Source of the DNA: Candidatus Eiseniibacteriota bacterium | GTDB lineage: Bacteria > Eisenbacteria > RBG-16-71-46 | Direction of reading: 5' to 3' | DNA length: 64,000 nucleotides | NCBI GenBank assembly: GCA_963717505.1 | Contig: OY970342.1 | Span: 768,001 to 832,000 of the forward strand | In this document: positions 38,951 through 48,435 of the stretch, one piece after another | Layout: each line of letters begins with the position of its first letter | How positions within the stretch are numbered: position 1 is the first letter of the stretch | Translations under genes and position numbers: made by a program | The notes under the pieces: generated by a model | Told to the model about the DNA's origin: nothing | Database searches by the model: none | Seen by the model: only the letters and a program-made list of their open reading frames with translations

Positions 38951-39526
38951 ATGTCCGAGGACCTCACCGCCTGGCTCTGTCGGATTCAAGAGGGCGATCC
39001 CGCGGCATGGGACCGCGTCATGCGTTTGCTCTACGCCGAGCTGCGTCAGATCGCTCATCACCGCCTGCGCGCGGAGCGAAGCCAGCACACGCTGGGGACG
39101 ACCGCGCTCGTGCACGAGGCGTTTCTTCGGCTTGCCCGGCAGCATGGGTTGCCCGCGGAGGGCCGCACACAATTCCTGGCGGCGGCATCGAACACCATGC
39201 GGCGGGTCCTGGTGGACTATGCGAGAGCGCGGAACCGGCTCAAACGAGGAGACGGCGTTGTTCCCCTACCTTTTGACGAGGCGGAATCGTTCCTGACCGA
39301 AGCGGCAGCCGACGAGATCCTCGCGCTCGAAGACGCTCTGGAGCGACTGGCTCGGGCCGAGCCCCGCGCGGCTCGAGTCGTGGAATGTCGATTCTTCTCG
39401 GGACTGACCGTTGAAGAGATCGCGGTGCATCTCGAGCTCTCGGAGAAGACGGTCCGGCGCGACTGGATTCTCGCGCGGGCGTGGCTCCGCCGCGAGGTGT
39501 CGCGCCAGCTCGCCCTCCCCGACTGA
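38951..39526 (+). CDS. ECF sigma factor, kinase-associated (TIGR02999/ECF43-like)
   Basis: LYAELRQIA, HTLGTTALVHEAFLRL, MRRVLVDYAR, VECRFFSGL, TVRRDW..ARAWL. Confidence 0.9.
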   Translation: MSEDLTAWLCRIQEGDPAAWDRVMRLLYAELRQIAHHRLRAERSQHTLGTTALVHEAFLRLARQHGLPAEGRTQFLAAASNTMRRVLVDYARARNRLKRGDGVVPLPFDEAESFLTEAAADEILALEDALERLARAEPRAARVVECRFFSGLTVEEIAVHLELSEKTVRRDWILARAWLRREVSRQLALPD

Positions 39527-39540
39527 TCAAAGACTCCGCG

Positions 39541-42500
39541 TCATCGGATCTGCACGACTCGTGTCGTCCGAGCCGCGGAACGCCCGCCTTCGGTCACAAC
39601 GGCGCGGACGAAGAACACGCCGGCCCCACCCAGATCGCGCGACAACTCGAAACGATGGCTCCCCGCACCCAGCGCACCGTCGTGGATCTGGCTCACCTGA
39701 CGACCGTGGACGTCATAAACCCGCAACGCAACCGACGCGGCAGAAGGCAGCGCCAACACCACGCTGGGGTGGGCTCCCGGAGAACCGATCGGTGCGAGCT
39801 GTAGCGACTCCACGCCCGTCGCGACCGGTCGGTCGTCGCCGATGCCAACGGTGGACTGAAGGATCACGACCCACACACCGTCAGCCGCATAGTGGACTTC
39901 GAGCTCACCCGCCAATGGAGCGCCATCGAGCGTGACTTGATAGAAGGTTCCCGTCAGCCCGGAGCATTCGAGGATTCTGAAGCTGTCCCCGGCGGCCGCC
40001 GCGAAAGTGGGCAGGCGGCGCAGGTCGAGCTCGCCGTACACCGCGGCAGGACCATCGACCGCGAGCGTGTCGCCCTCGCCCGCAGCATGATTGCCCAGCT
40101 CGATTTCGAGGCTCGCGGCCCCCGTCAGAGTGAATTCACCGTTCACCTGCAACCGCCCGGTCGGGTTGCCCGGAGCGATCGCACTGTAGATCTTGAGCGA
40201 TGCGCCGACCGTGCCCGTACCCTGGACTCTCCCGACCGACTCCGGCACGAGGAGTTCCCCAACGTAGATCTCGGCGCCACCACCCTCCACGTCGATCTCG
40301 CCGCCGTCCAGCACCACTTGGCCTGTGATCCCCACCGGTGCGGAATTGCGCAAGACCACACGATGCTCGCCGGTCTCGATGCGGCCGAAGAGGCCCAGTG
40401 AATTGGGCAACGAGGCATCTCCTAGAAAGAGATCACCGGTCGCACGGATCAGCGAGCCGGAATCTGCCTGCACGAACGCGTCGATCGACCCGGATCCTTC
40501 GAATCCGCCGCCGGCGAGGAACGTGAACCGGCCCCCCCCGCTCGCGCCCTGACCGGTGCCATAGAGCGTACCGGCGAACTCGAGCCCGTTGAACGTCGCG
40601 CCCGATGAAATGAGGTACCCGCGCCCCACGAGTGGCCCGTAGATGGTGCCGTCACCGACCAGGCGTTTGTTGATCTCGATCACGCCTCCGCCCGGGGGCA
40701 AATGCAGTTCGCCGGTCGCGATCTCGACGTTGCCGACCACGGCCGAGTCGGGATCAACGACGGTGACCGATTCCTCGCCAACGTTCAGCGTGCCGCGCAA
40801 TAGCACGTTGCCGCCAGGCGTGTCGCGGCCGATCTCGAGTGGACCGCCGTCGGCGACGATTGACACGGTCGTGTCGGTGGCACCGAGGATCGAAGAGTTC
40901 ACGTTGCCGGTGCCGAAAATCCGGGCGCTACTCCTGGGGAGGACGCTTCCGCCTACGACGTCTCCTCCCTCGAGGTTGAGATCCCCGCGAAGCGTGAGTG
41001 CGCCGGTCAGGTCGATGCGACCGCCGCCCACGACGTTCAGGGACGAGGGCCCCCACACGGTCCCTCCGAGGAGCGGATGGGTCAGCGCGAGGACGCCGCC
41101 GTCGCTCACGGTGGCGCTGCCGCTGCCGCCCAAGCTCAGCGTCGATCCGCCGACGTTCAAGGGTCCACTGCTGGTGAGCAGGCTGCCCGAGCCATCTACG
41201 GAGAGGATGCTGAGGAGCTTGGCGGTCAGGCCGATGTTCACCCCGTCGAACGTCGCGAGCCCGCCGGACTCCACGATCAGGGAGCCGGTTCCTCCGTCAC
41301 CGACCACGGCGGCGCCATCGGACGTGACCTGCCCGCCGGCGACGACGTGCAGGTGTCCGCTCCCGCTGGGCTGCTGGCCCAGAACGACGTCTCCGCCAAC
41401 GGCGGTCACGTGTGAACCGCCCCCGACTTTGAGCTCGACGGATTTCGTCGTCCCCACGACCACGGGCGGATCCACCGACGTGCCCGTGAACGAGCCGGCG
41501 GCGGCGTTCAACAGTTCGAGCACCGGCCGCTCGTACACGGATGCCGATCCACCGGGCACCGTGAGCCGTCCGGTCTGGGTGGTGAGCGTGCCGCCGTTGA
41601 TCTGGAGCAACCCGCCCTGCAAGTCCATCGCGCCGCCGCCCGGCTGCTGGAGAATCAGGTGCTTGGTCATGAATCGTGCGTGCGGGCGAAGGGTGATCAG
41701 GGCGGAGCTGCCGTCCGCGTCGCCGACCACGGTGGAGTCGTTGACCACCAGCACGCCGAGCGAGTCCACCAGGATGGTCCCGGCGCCGCCGGCCTGCCCG
41801 GCGACCGTTGAAGGGTTCGCGCACAGCCGCAGGTCGTCGGTGACGCGTACCTCGGAGCTGTCGATTGTGTTCTCGCCGCCGATCGTGATGTCCCCTATGT
41901 CACCCGACTCCTCGGCCACCCGAAGGTCGCGCCCCACGCGGAACCAGCCACCTTCGGTGACCTCAAGAATCCCGTGCGCACCATTTCTTCCCATGCGGCA
42001 GTCGCCGGTCGGGCTGTCCGCGAAGAAGCGAGAGCGGCGCAGCCCGCTCCCAGTGCTGCCCAACCCCTTCACCCGTAGCGTGCCGAGGCTGCCGGCGTGC
42101 CGCCCGATGTGGATATCGTCGGCAAGCTCGAGGGCGCCACCGGCGAGAACCACCACCTCTCCCGTACCGGTCGCAGTCGAGCTGCCGCCGATGTTCATCT
42201 CGGGTGTGGTGCCGGAACCGTTCTGGAAGAGATTCGCGGTGCCGCCGCTCACCCTCAGCGTGCCGTTGGTGTTCGGGCCGCTACCGACGTTCGCGCTCGT
42301 GCCCATGCGCAGTGTGCCCGCCGTGAGGCGCGCCGTCGCTACTTGGTTGACCCCCGGCGCGATCGCGAAGCTCGACGCGATGCCGTGCGGAGTATTGAGA
42401 TTCAGAGTGACGTCGCCGCCATAGAACCCGTGTGCACTCACCGAATCCACTAGAGCCCCGAAGGTGACGGTGTAAGTCCCCGCGATGTTGAACTGGAGCA

Positions 42501-42678
42501 CATCGGCTTCCGCGGGAACCTGAGCGGGATTCCAGTTGCCCGCGATTCCCGCCATGCCGCCCGCGGCGTTCTGCCAGAGCAAATTGGCGGCCGCGGCCGG
42601 GCGGGCAATCGGGCCCGCGACGAGTGTCGCGAGTACGACCAATGCGGCGGGAACGGACCTGTGCAAGGGGGCGATCAT
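39541..42678 (-). CDS. Large secreted beta-helix-like protein (autotransporter/PEP-CTERM-associated repeats) with T9SS-like C-terminal domain
   Basis: Signal peptide, GxxGxGxLxVxxGG repeats, IAPGNPTGRL, C-terminal VYDVHGRQV...GVFFVR. Confidence 0.75.
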   Translation of the reverse strand: MIAPLHRSVPAALVVLATLVAGPIARPAAAANLLWQNAAGGMAGIAGNWNPAQVPAEADVLQFNIAGTYTVTFGALVDSVSAHGFYGGDVTLNLNTPHGIASSFAIAPGVNQVATARLTAGTLRMGTSANVGSGPNTNGTLRVSGGTANLFQNGSGTTPEMNIGGSSTATGTGEVVVLAGGALELADDIHIGRHAGSLGTLRVKGLGSTGSGLRRSRFFADSPTGDCRMGRNGAHGILEVTEGGWFRVGRDLRVAEESGDIGDITIGGENTIDSSEVRVTDDLRLCANPSTVAGQAGGAGTILVDSLGVLVVNDSTVVGDADGSSALITLRPHARFMTKHLILQQPGGGAMDLQGGLLQINGGTLTTQTGRLTVPGGSASVYERPVLELLNAAAGSFTGTSVDPPVVVGTTKSVELKVGGGSHVTAVGGDVVLGQQPSGSGHLHVVAGGQVTSDGAAVVGDGGTGSLIVESGGLATFDGVNIGLTAKLLSILSVDGSGSLLTSSGPLNVGGSTLSLGGSGSATVSDGGVLALTHPLLGGTVWGPSSLNVVGGGRIDLTGALTLRGDLNLEGGDVVGGSVLPRSSARIFGTGNVNSSILGATDTTVSIVADGGPLEIGRDTPGGNVLLRGTLNVGEESVTVVDPDSAVVGNVEIATGELHLPPGGGVIEINKRLVGDGTIYGPLVGRGYLISSGATFNGLEFAGTLYGTGQGASGGGRFTFLAGGGFEGSGSIDAFVQADSGSLIRATGDLFLGDASLPNSLGLFGRIETGEHRVVLRNSAPVGITGQVVLDGGEIDVEGGGAEIYVGELLVPESVGRVQGTGTVGASLKIYSAIAPGNPTGRLQVNGEFTLTGAASLEIELGNHAAGEGDTLAVDGPAAVYGELDLRRLPTFAAAAGDSFRILECSGLTGTFYQVTLDGAPLAGELEVHYAADGVWVVILQSTVGIGDDRPVATGVESLQLAPIGSPGAHPSVVLALPSAASVALRVYDVHGRQVSQIHDGALGAGSHRFELSRDLGGAGVFFVRAVVTEGGRSAARTTRVVQIR

Positions 42679-42763
42679 GACTGGTTCTCCTATGAGGGTT
42701 GCGGGCAGTGAGCCCGTGCAATCGGGTGAGGTGACGATCGGAGGGGCTTTCGCCAACCGGGCC

Positions 42764-45232
42764 CTAGTCCAGCAACACCAGCCTTCGGACGGCATGGCTG
42801 GGGCCCTGTCGCAGGTCGAGTAAATAGACGCCGGCGCGCAGGGTTCCCCGGTCGAAGTGCAGCACGTGCGAGCCGGGCGGCAACGCCGCGCCGACCATCA
42901 GGTCGCGGGCGCGCCGGCCCGCGACGTCGAACAACACCAGGTCGACGTTCCCGGGGCGCGCGAGGCTGAAACGAATCGTGCTCTGCTCACGAACCGGCGC
43001 CGGCCACGGAGCTTCGAGGCGCAACGTCGTCGGCTGCTCTCCAATTTCGTCTACGCCGACCGTGAGTGCGGGATCGAGCACGCCGGCCAGGTTCTTTCGC
43101 CCCACGCCCCCGATGGCGGAGAAATCGCCTCCGACGTACACGGCGCTGGTTCCGAGCGCGAGCGAAATGACGCTGAGCCCGGACACTCCCGGATCCCAGG
43201 TGGTGGCGGTTGCACTCGGGACATCCAGGCTCGCGAGCATCGAGCGCGACACGCCGGCAATGGTCGTGAATCCTCCACCGACGTAGAGCGTCGATCCGCT
43301 CAGAGCCATCGTATTCACGCCGTTGTTGGCGCCGGGATTCCAGGCAGTCGCGACACCGGTCCCGGCATCGAGGGCCGCGAGCATCGAGCGCGGCTGGCCG
43401 CCCATGGTGGTGAAGAAGCCGCCGACGTAGATCACCGACGCGTCGGGCACGATTGCGTAGATGATGCCGCCGGAATTGGGATTGAATGCGGTCGCGAGTC
43501 CGGTGACGGCGTCGATTCCCGCGAGATAGTTGCGGGTCACGCCGCCCACGGTCCCGAAATTGCCGCCCGCGTAGACGACGCCGTTCTCGTAAGCCATCGA
43601 GTTCACGACGCCGCTCACGTTGGGATTCCACGCCAACAACGTTCCGGTGGTCGCGTCGAACGCGGCCAGTCGATTGCGCGTGACGCCACCCATCGACAGG
43701 AAGTTCCCGCCCGCCCAGATCGTCGAACCGTCCGTGACCAGCGCGTTCACGGTGCCGCCCCCGACCGGATTCCACGGCAGTGCTTTCCCCGAGTCCGGTG
43801 TGAACGCGGCGAGGTTTTGGCGAACGACCGAGGGGCTTCCGACTGAGAGGAACGATCCACCGGCGTAGACGCTGCCGTTGATCATGGCGAGCGCGTTCAC
43901 GCTGCTCTGGGCATTGGGATCGAAGGCCGTCGCCCGGCCAGTGGCGAGATCGAGCGCCGCGATGTTGTTTCGCCGAACACCGCCGGCGCTGACGAAGGCC
44001 CCGCCCGCATAAACGGTGGATCCCGAAGCGGCCAGGGTCAGTACCGCTCCGCCGGCGATCGGGTTCCAGGCGGCGAGGGCGGCGGTGTTGCGATCGAATG
44101 CGGCCAGGTACGGACGCGGGACGGAGGAGTACGAGGTGAACACCCCGCCGACATAGATCGTGTCGGCGATGCGGGCGATCGCGCTCACGTCGCCGTTGAG
44201 TCCAATGCTCGGGTTCCACGAGGTCGCGAGCCCGGTGGTCGCGTCCAGCGCGGCAAGGCGGCTCCGAACCTGACCGCCAATCGACGAGAAGTTGCCGCCG
44301 GCGAACACCGTGGCGCCGTCGACCAGCAGGCGCAGAACCGTGCTCGAGGCCGAGGGATTCCAGGCCAGCAGGGCCGCGGTCGTGGTTTGGAGCGCGGCCG
44401 CGCGATTGCGACTCACGGACGATACGGTGACGAACGTGCCGCCGAGGTACACGACCGAATCCCCGCAGGCAATCGTGTTCACGCTGGCGTTCAGCAACGG
44501 GTTCCAGGGCGTCGCGGCGCCGGTCGTGGTGTCGAGTGCCGCGACGTAGTTTCGCGTCTGACCTCCGGCCATGGTGAACAACCCGCCGGCGTAAACCCGG
44601 CCGTGGAGATAGGCGAGCGCCTGGACGTTGCTGTTCGCGCCCGGATTCCAGTTGGTCTTGAGACCACCGCTCGTGGCGACGAACGCGGCGAGCCGCGAGC
44701 GCGAACTGCCCCCGGCCGTGGTGAAGGTTCCGCCCGCGTAGAGGACGCCGTCGCCCAGGGCGAGCGCGTAGACCGGACCATTGGTGCCGGGATTCCACGA
44801 TGCATCCACGCTCAGATCCGAAAGGATGTGCGCGAGGCCCGAGCGCTGGAAGCTTCCGACCGAATCGAATGAGCCGCCGATGAACCAGCCGCCGCTGCCA
44901 TCGGCGATCATCGCGTTGACCTGGTTGTTCACCACGGGTGCCGCGAGCACTGCCCCGGTTGTGGCGTCGATCGGCACGCCGGCGCCGGTCTGCGGACCGA
45001 CGACGGTGAACGTCCCCCCCAGAAAGAGCGTGGAGCCTTCTCGGAGGGTCGTGGCCACCCGGCCGTTCGTGACCCAGAGGCGGGTGTCGACGCCGGTCGC
45101 GCGTGCCGGGGGCGTCATTCCGGCAAGGGCGAGGATGGCGGCGACCACGACCGCCACCGCCGCCGGCGACATCGACGCCCGAACCGAAATACCAAGCCCG
45201 AGCGGGCGGAAATTGCTGCCAGCGGGTGCCAT
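42764..45232 (-). CDS. Secreted beta-propeller repeat protein with T9SS-like C-terminal domain
   Basis: Roughly a dozen RxxLAAxDxxTG...WNP...VYxGGxF repeats; C-terminal LFDVAGRR...AGVYLL. Confidence 0.8.
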   Translation of the reverse strand: MAPAGSNFRPLGLGISVRASMSPAAVAVVVAAILALAGMTPPARATGVDTRLWVTNGRVATTLREGSTLFLGGTFTVVGPQTGAGVPIDATTGAVLAAPVVNNQVNAMIADGSGGWFIGGSFDSVGSFQRSGLAHILSDLSVDASWNPGTNGPVYALALGDGVLYAGGTFTTAGGSSRSRLAAFVATSGGLKTNWNPGANSNVQALAYLHGRVYAGGLFTMAGGQTRNYVAALDTTTGAATPWNPLLNASVNTIACGDSVVYLGGTFVTVSSVSRNRAAALQTTTAALLAWNPSASSTVLRLLVDGATVFAGGNFSSIGGQVRSRLAALDATTGLATSWNPSIGLNGDVSAIARIADTIYVGGVFTSYSSVPRPYLAAFDRNTAALAAWNPIAGGAVLTLAASGSTVYAGGAFVSAGGVRRNNIAALDLATGRATAFDPNAQSSVNALAMINGSVYAGGSFLSVGSPSVVRQNLAAFTPDSGKALPWNPVGGGTVNALVTDGSTIWAGGNFLSMGGVTRNRLAAFDATTGTLLAWNPNVSGVVNSMAYENGVVYAGGNFGTVGGVTRNYLAGIDAVTGLATAFNPNSGGIIYAIVPDASVIYVGGFFTTMGGQPRSMLAALDAGTGVATAWNPGANNGVNTMALSGSTLYVGGGFTTIAGVSRSMLASLDVPSATATTWDPGVSGLSVISLALGTSAVYVGGDFSAIGGVGRKNLAGVLDPALTVGVDEIGEQPTTLRLEAPWPAPVREQSTIRFSLARPGNVDLVLFDVAGRRARDLMVGAALPPGSHVLHFDRGTLRAGVYLLDLRQGPSHAVRRLVLLD

Positions 45233-45415
45233 TCGAATGCCTCCTTCCGGCGCCTGTCGCGCGACGGTCGATCGTCACGGGGGGCTGCGCCGTAAGGGAT
45301 GGCGTCGAACGGATCAAGAAACGGTCATGAAATCCGCCTGGCCCCCGGAGAGGAGGGGTTGGTAGGGGTTTCGGGGCGGCGTATCCTGGGTATGGGCAAT
45401 CGACCCCGAGGTACC

Positions 45416-46411
45416 ATGACTTCCGCCACCCTGACCGACACCCAGGGCCGCATCGTCCGCGACCTGCGCATCTCGGTCACCGACCGCTGCAATCTCCGCT
45501 GCGTCTACTGCATGCCGGCCGAAGGCATGCCGTGGCTGCCCAAGGGCGACCTCCTCACCTACGAGGAGATCACCCGGTTCTCGCGCATCGCGATCGACCA
45601 TGGTGTCGAGGGTATTCGCCTGACCGGCGGCGAGCCGACCGTGCGCCAGGACCTGCCGACGCTGGTCGCGATGCTCAACGCGCTCAAGCCCAACCTCGAC
45701 CTGTCGCTGACCACCAACGGGCTCAAGCTGACCGAGATGGCGGATGCGCTGCGCGACGCCGGGCTCAAGCGGGTCAACGTCAGTCTCGACACGCTGGTGC
45801 CCGAGAGATTTCATCAGATCGCGCGCCGCGATCGCTTTCACGAAGTGATTTCAGGTTTGGAAGCCGCGCGCCGCGTCGGCTTCGCGCCGATCAAGACAAA
45901 CGCCGTGCTCATGCGCGGATTCAACGAAGACGAAGCCGTGCCGCTCGCGCGCTGGGGGCGTGAAGAGGGTTACGAAGTCCGCTTCATCGAGTGGATGCCC
46001 CTCGACTACCAGCACGCCTGGTCGCGCGAAAAACTGGTGCCGGCCGACGAGATCCTCGCCCAGATCGACGACGTGTTCCCGCTCGAGCCGGCACCGGGTC
46101 AGGATCCGAGTGCCCCGGCCACCGTCTATCGCTATCTGGATGGCGGCGGAACCGTGGGCGTGATCGCGTCGGTGACCCGGCCGTTCTGCGGGCACTGCGA
46201 CCGGATTCGCTTGACCGCTGACGGGCAGATCCGCACGTGCTTGTTTGCATTGAACGAGTACGACTTCCGTACGGCGTTGCGGAACGGCGCGAGTGATGAA
46301 GCCATCGCCGACCTGCTCAAGGCCGCGGTGTGGCGGAAGAAGCCGGGGCACCTGATCAACAGCCCGTACTTCGTGCAGCCCGAGCGCGGGATGAGCGCGA
46401 TCGGCGGCTGA
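45416..46411 (+). CDS. moaA: GTP 3',8-cyclase (molybdenum cofactor biosynthesis)
   Basis: LRISVTDRCNLRCVYCMP, LTGGEP, FCGHCDRIRLTADG..C, terminal MSAIGG. Confidence 0.95.
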   Translation: MTSATLTDTQGRIVRDLRISVTDRCNLRCVYCMPAEGMPWLPKGDLLTYEEITRFSRIAIDHGVEGIRLTGGEPTVRQDLPTLVAMLNALKPNLDLSLTTNGLKLTEMADALRDAGLKRVNVSLDTLVPERFHQIARRDRFHEVISGLEAARRVGFAPIKTNAVLMRGFNEDEAVPLARWGREEGYEVRFIEWMPLDYQHAWSREKLVPADEILAQIDDVFPLEPAPGQDPSAPATVYRYLDGGGTVGVIASVTRPFCGHCDRIRLTADGQIRTCLFALNEYDFRTALRNGASDEAIADLLKAAVWRKKPGHLINSPYFVQPERGMSAIGG

Positions 46412-46493
46412 GAGCCGCCCCGGGCCGCCTGACCTACTGATTCCTCGACTTCGTGCTCAGTGCCGTCCGAATCTCCACCATATTCGACAAGGT

Positions 46494-47693
46494 TTGAGAT
46501 TGAAGACCACTAGGGTGGCAATCGCACTCACTCTCGTATCCAGTGTTGTTGTCGCAGGGACATGGCTCTGGCCTCGCATCGCCAACATGTCTGTCTTGGA
46601 TTTGGCCTCACAGGAGACTAGTGCGCGCACAGCGTCGCAGGTTGACTCGACGCATGGTGTCGTGCTCAAGCCAATCGACATTCTCGATACCGATGACGAT
46701 TCGGACTTGTTTGGCATCAGTGGCGTCCTGCGCCGCAACCAACGCCAGAGTCAGACATTCTTCCTACCGAAGGTCGCTGATGCCACCTTCGAGCTGATAG
46801 CCAACGGCTTGCGATTTGAATTTCGGGCGCCTAACGGTACGACCATCGTCCCAGGTGAGACCGGGGACCTCCCCGGCTACCAGTACTTTGCCGCGGGCCC
46901 AGGATTGTCCGCGTTCCAGCTCGCGAATCCCCCATCCGGTAATTGGGTCGTCACCGCCACGAGCCTCGGATCGGAGGACTCCATTCCCTATCTGATAACT
47001 GTTGGCTCCTTCGACCTCAGCCGCGAACGGGCCCACCTTGAACTCTTGGTCGGCTACTCGGGACCAGCAACTGTCGTTGACGCCCACCCAAACGAGAGGG
47101 TCTTCGTACGGGCTTTTCTCTCCCGCGCAGGCCAACTGGTGACCGGTGGGCAATGGACGCTCCAGATCGTACGACCAGATTACGCCTTTGAGCCTCTTCA
47201 AGTGTTCGACGACGGCCTGCATGCAGACGGAGAACCCCGTGATGGTGTTGCCGTGGGGTCCTTCGCTCTGAACCACGGCCCTGGCGTCTATGATGTCGTA
47301 GGCAAAGCGAAGGCTCAGTCCGGAACTTCCTACAGTGTCGGCGGAAGCATCTCCGTGGAGCATTATCACGATCTCGCAGTCCAGGGTGACATCCTCCTTG
47401 ACCCGCCGAAGCCGGTCGCGGGGAGCCCGGTCGAGCTGCTGGTCAACATTTCGAATGACGGAAGAGTAGACAGCGTAGCTGTTGGACTTCTCCTCTACGT
47501 CAATCGAACGAGAGTGGCCGAGCAGCGCCTTACTCTCAACGCCGGCGCAGCCCGTATGGTCTCCACGATATGGACCCCAGCAGCGCCAGGAACGTATGAA
47601 CTCCGGCTCGCGGTCGATCCGGCCGGGCTAATCGAGGAAATCACCTACGAGAACAACTCAAAGGTCGTAACCGTCACGGTGGCAGCTCAATAG
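46494..47693 (+). CDS. Exported protein with choice-of-anchor-X-like motif and CARDB domain
   Basis: FDDGLHADGEPRDGV motif; C-terminal DLAV...NDG...VDPAGLIEEITYENN; atypical codon usage. Confidence 0.65.
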   Translation: MRLKTTRVAIALTLVSSVVVAGTWLWPRIANMSVLDLASQETSARTASQVDSTHGVVLKPIDILDTDDDSDLFGISGVLRRNQRQSQTFFLPKVADATFELIANGLRFEFRAPNGTTIVPGETGDLPGYQYFAAGPGLSAFQLANPPSGNWVVTATSLGSEDSIPYLITVGSFDLSRERAHLELLVGYSGPATVVDAHPNERVFVRAFLSRAGQLVTGGQWTLQIVRPDYAFEPLQVFDDGLHADGEPRDGVAVGSFALNHGPGVYDVVGKAKAQSGTSYSVGGSISVEHYHDLAVQGDILLDPPKPVAGSPVELLVNISNDGRVDSVAVGLLLYVNRTRVAEQRLTLNAGAARMVSTIWTPAAPGTYELRLAVDPAGLIEEITYENNSKVVTVTVAAQ

Positions 47694-47809
47694 TCCCAGA
47701 TAGCCTCACTGTCCTGGCGGTCGTTCTCAGAAGCCCAAGGCCTTTCTCCGAACCCGAGCTTCTGTCGCATCACAGGCTAACTACATTTGAGCATCGGGGG
47801 TCATTGACC

Positions 47810-48358
47810 TTAGGTTCTTTCGTTCGCGAGTCCGAGGATCCGGCGGAGCTGACGCAGATGCAGCAAGTCGTGCCCCGCGTAGAGCCGGATCATGTGCTCC
47901 ACCGACTCCTCGCCGCGTTCGCTATGGACTCCGAAGCGCTTGAGTTCCTCGGCCTCGAGGTCGCGCAGGAATCTCAGGTTGAGTCGGCGCAGGGCGCGCA
48001 GATCCGCGCGCACGTCCGCCGACGATTGACGGTCGTAGTGCAGTCGGTCGGCCCAGAGATCCTGGTCGTATCCATGAATGGCAGGGCGATCCTCGGCCAC
48101 TGCCTTGCGCAGCCGGATCGCCCACACCAACTCGCTGTCGACCAGGTGGCGAAGCACATGGAGCGCCGACCATTTGCCCGGCGTTTCGGGAGTGCGCAGC
48201 CGCTCTTCTGATATCCCGGCGACGGTCCGGTCGATCACCTCGGGAAGGGACTCGAGCACTTGGATCGGGTCCTGCTCGCCGAGCAGGCCGAGCACGGCGC
48301 GCGTGTAGGCGCCCGCTTCTTTCTTGGCGTCCGACATGCGATTGCTGAACACCGACAT
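47810..48358 (-). CDS. DinB/YfiT-like metal-dependent protein
   Basis: PGKWS...LRHLVDSE, YDQDLWA, YAGHDLLHLRQL. Confidence 0.85.
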   Translation of the reverse strand: MSVFSNRMSDAKKEAGAYTRAVLGLLGEQDPIQVLESLPEVIDRTVAGISEERLRTPETPGKWSALHVLRHLVDSELVWAIRLRKAVAEDRPAIHGYDQDLWADRLHYDRQSSADVRADLRALRRLNLRFLRDLEAEELKRFGVHSERGEESVEHMIRLYAGHDLLHLRQLRRILGLANERT

Positions 48359-48435
48359 GGGTCCTCCTCGCCTGCGACCTCGGTGCAGAGGGAACGCGCG
48401 ACCGAGGGCGAGGATACCCCTCCGGGGGCTCGGCG

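Noticed and set aside
47775-47810. GGCTAAC after the low-GC gene as a possible attC
   Set aside because: No matching GTTRRRY or inverted-repeat structure follows
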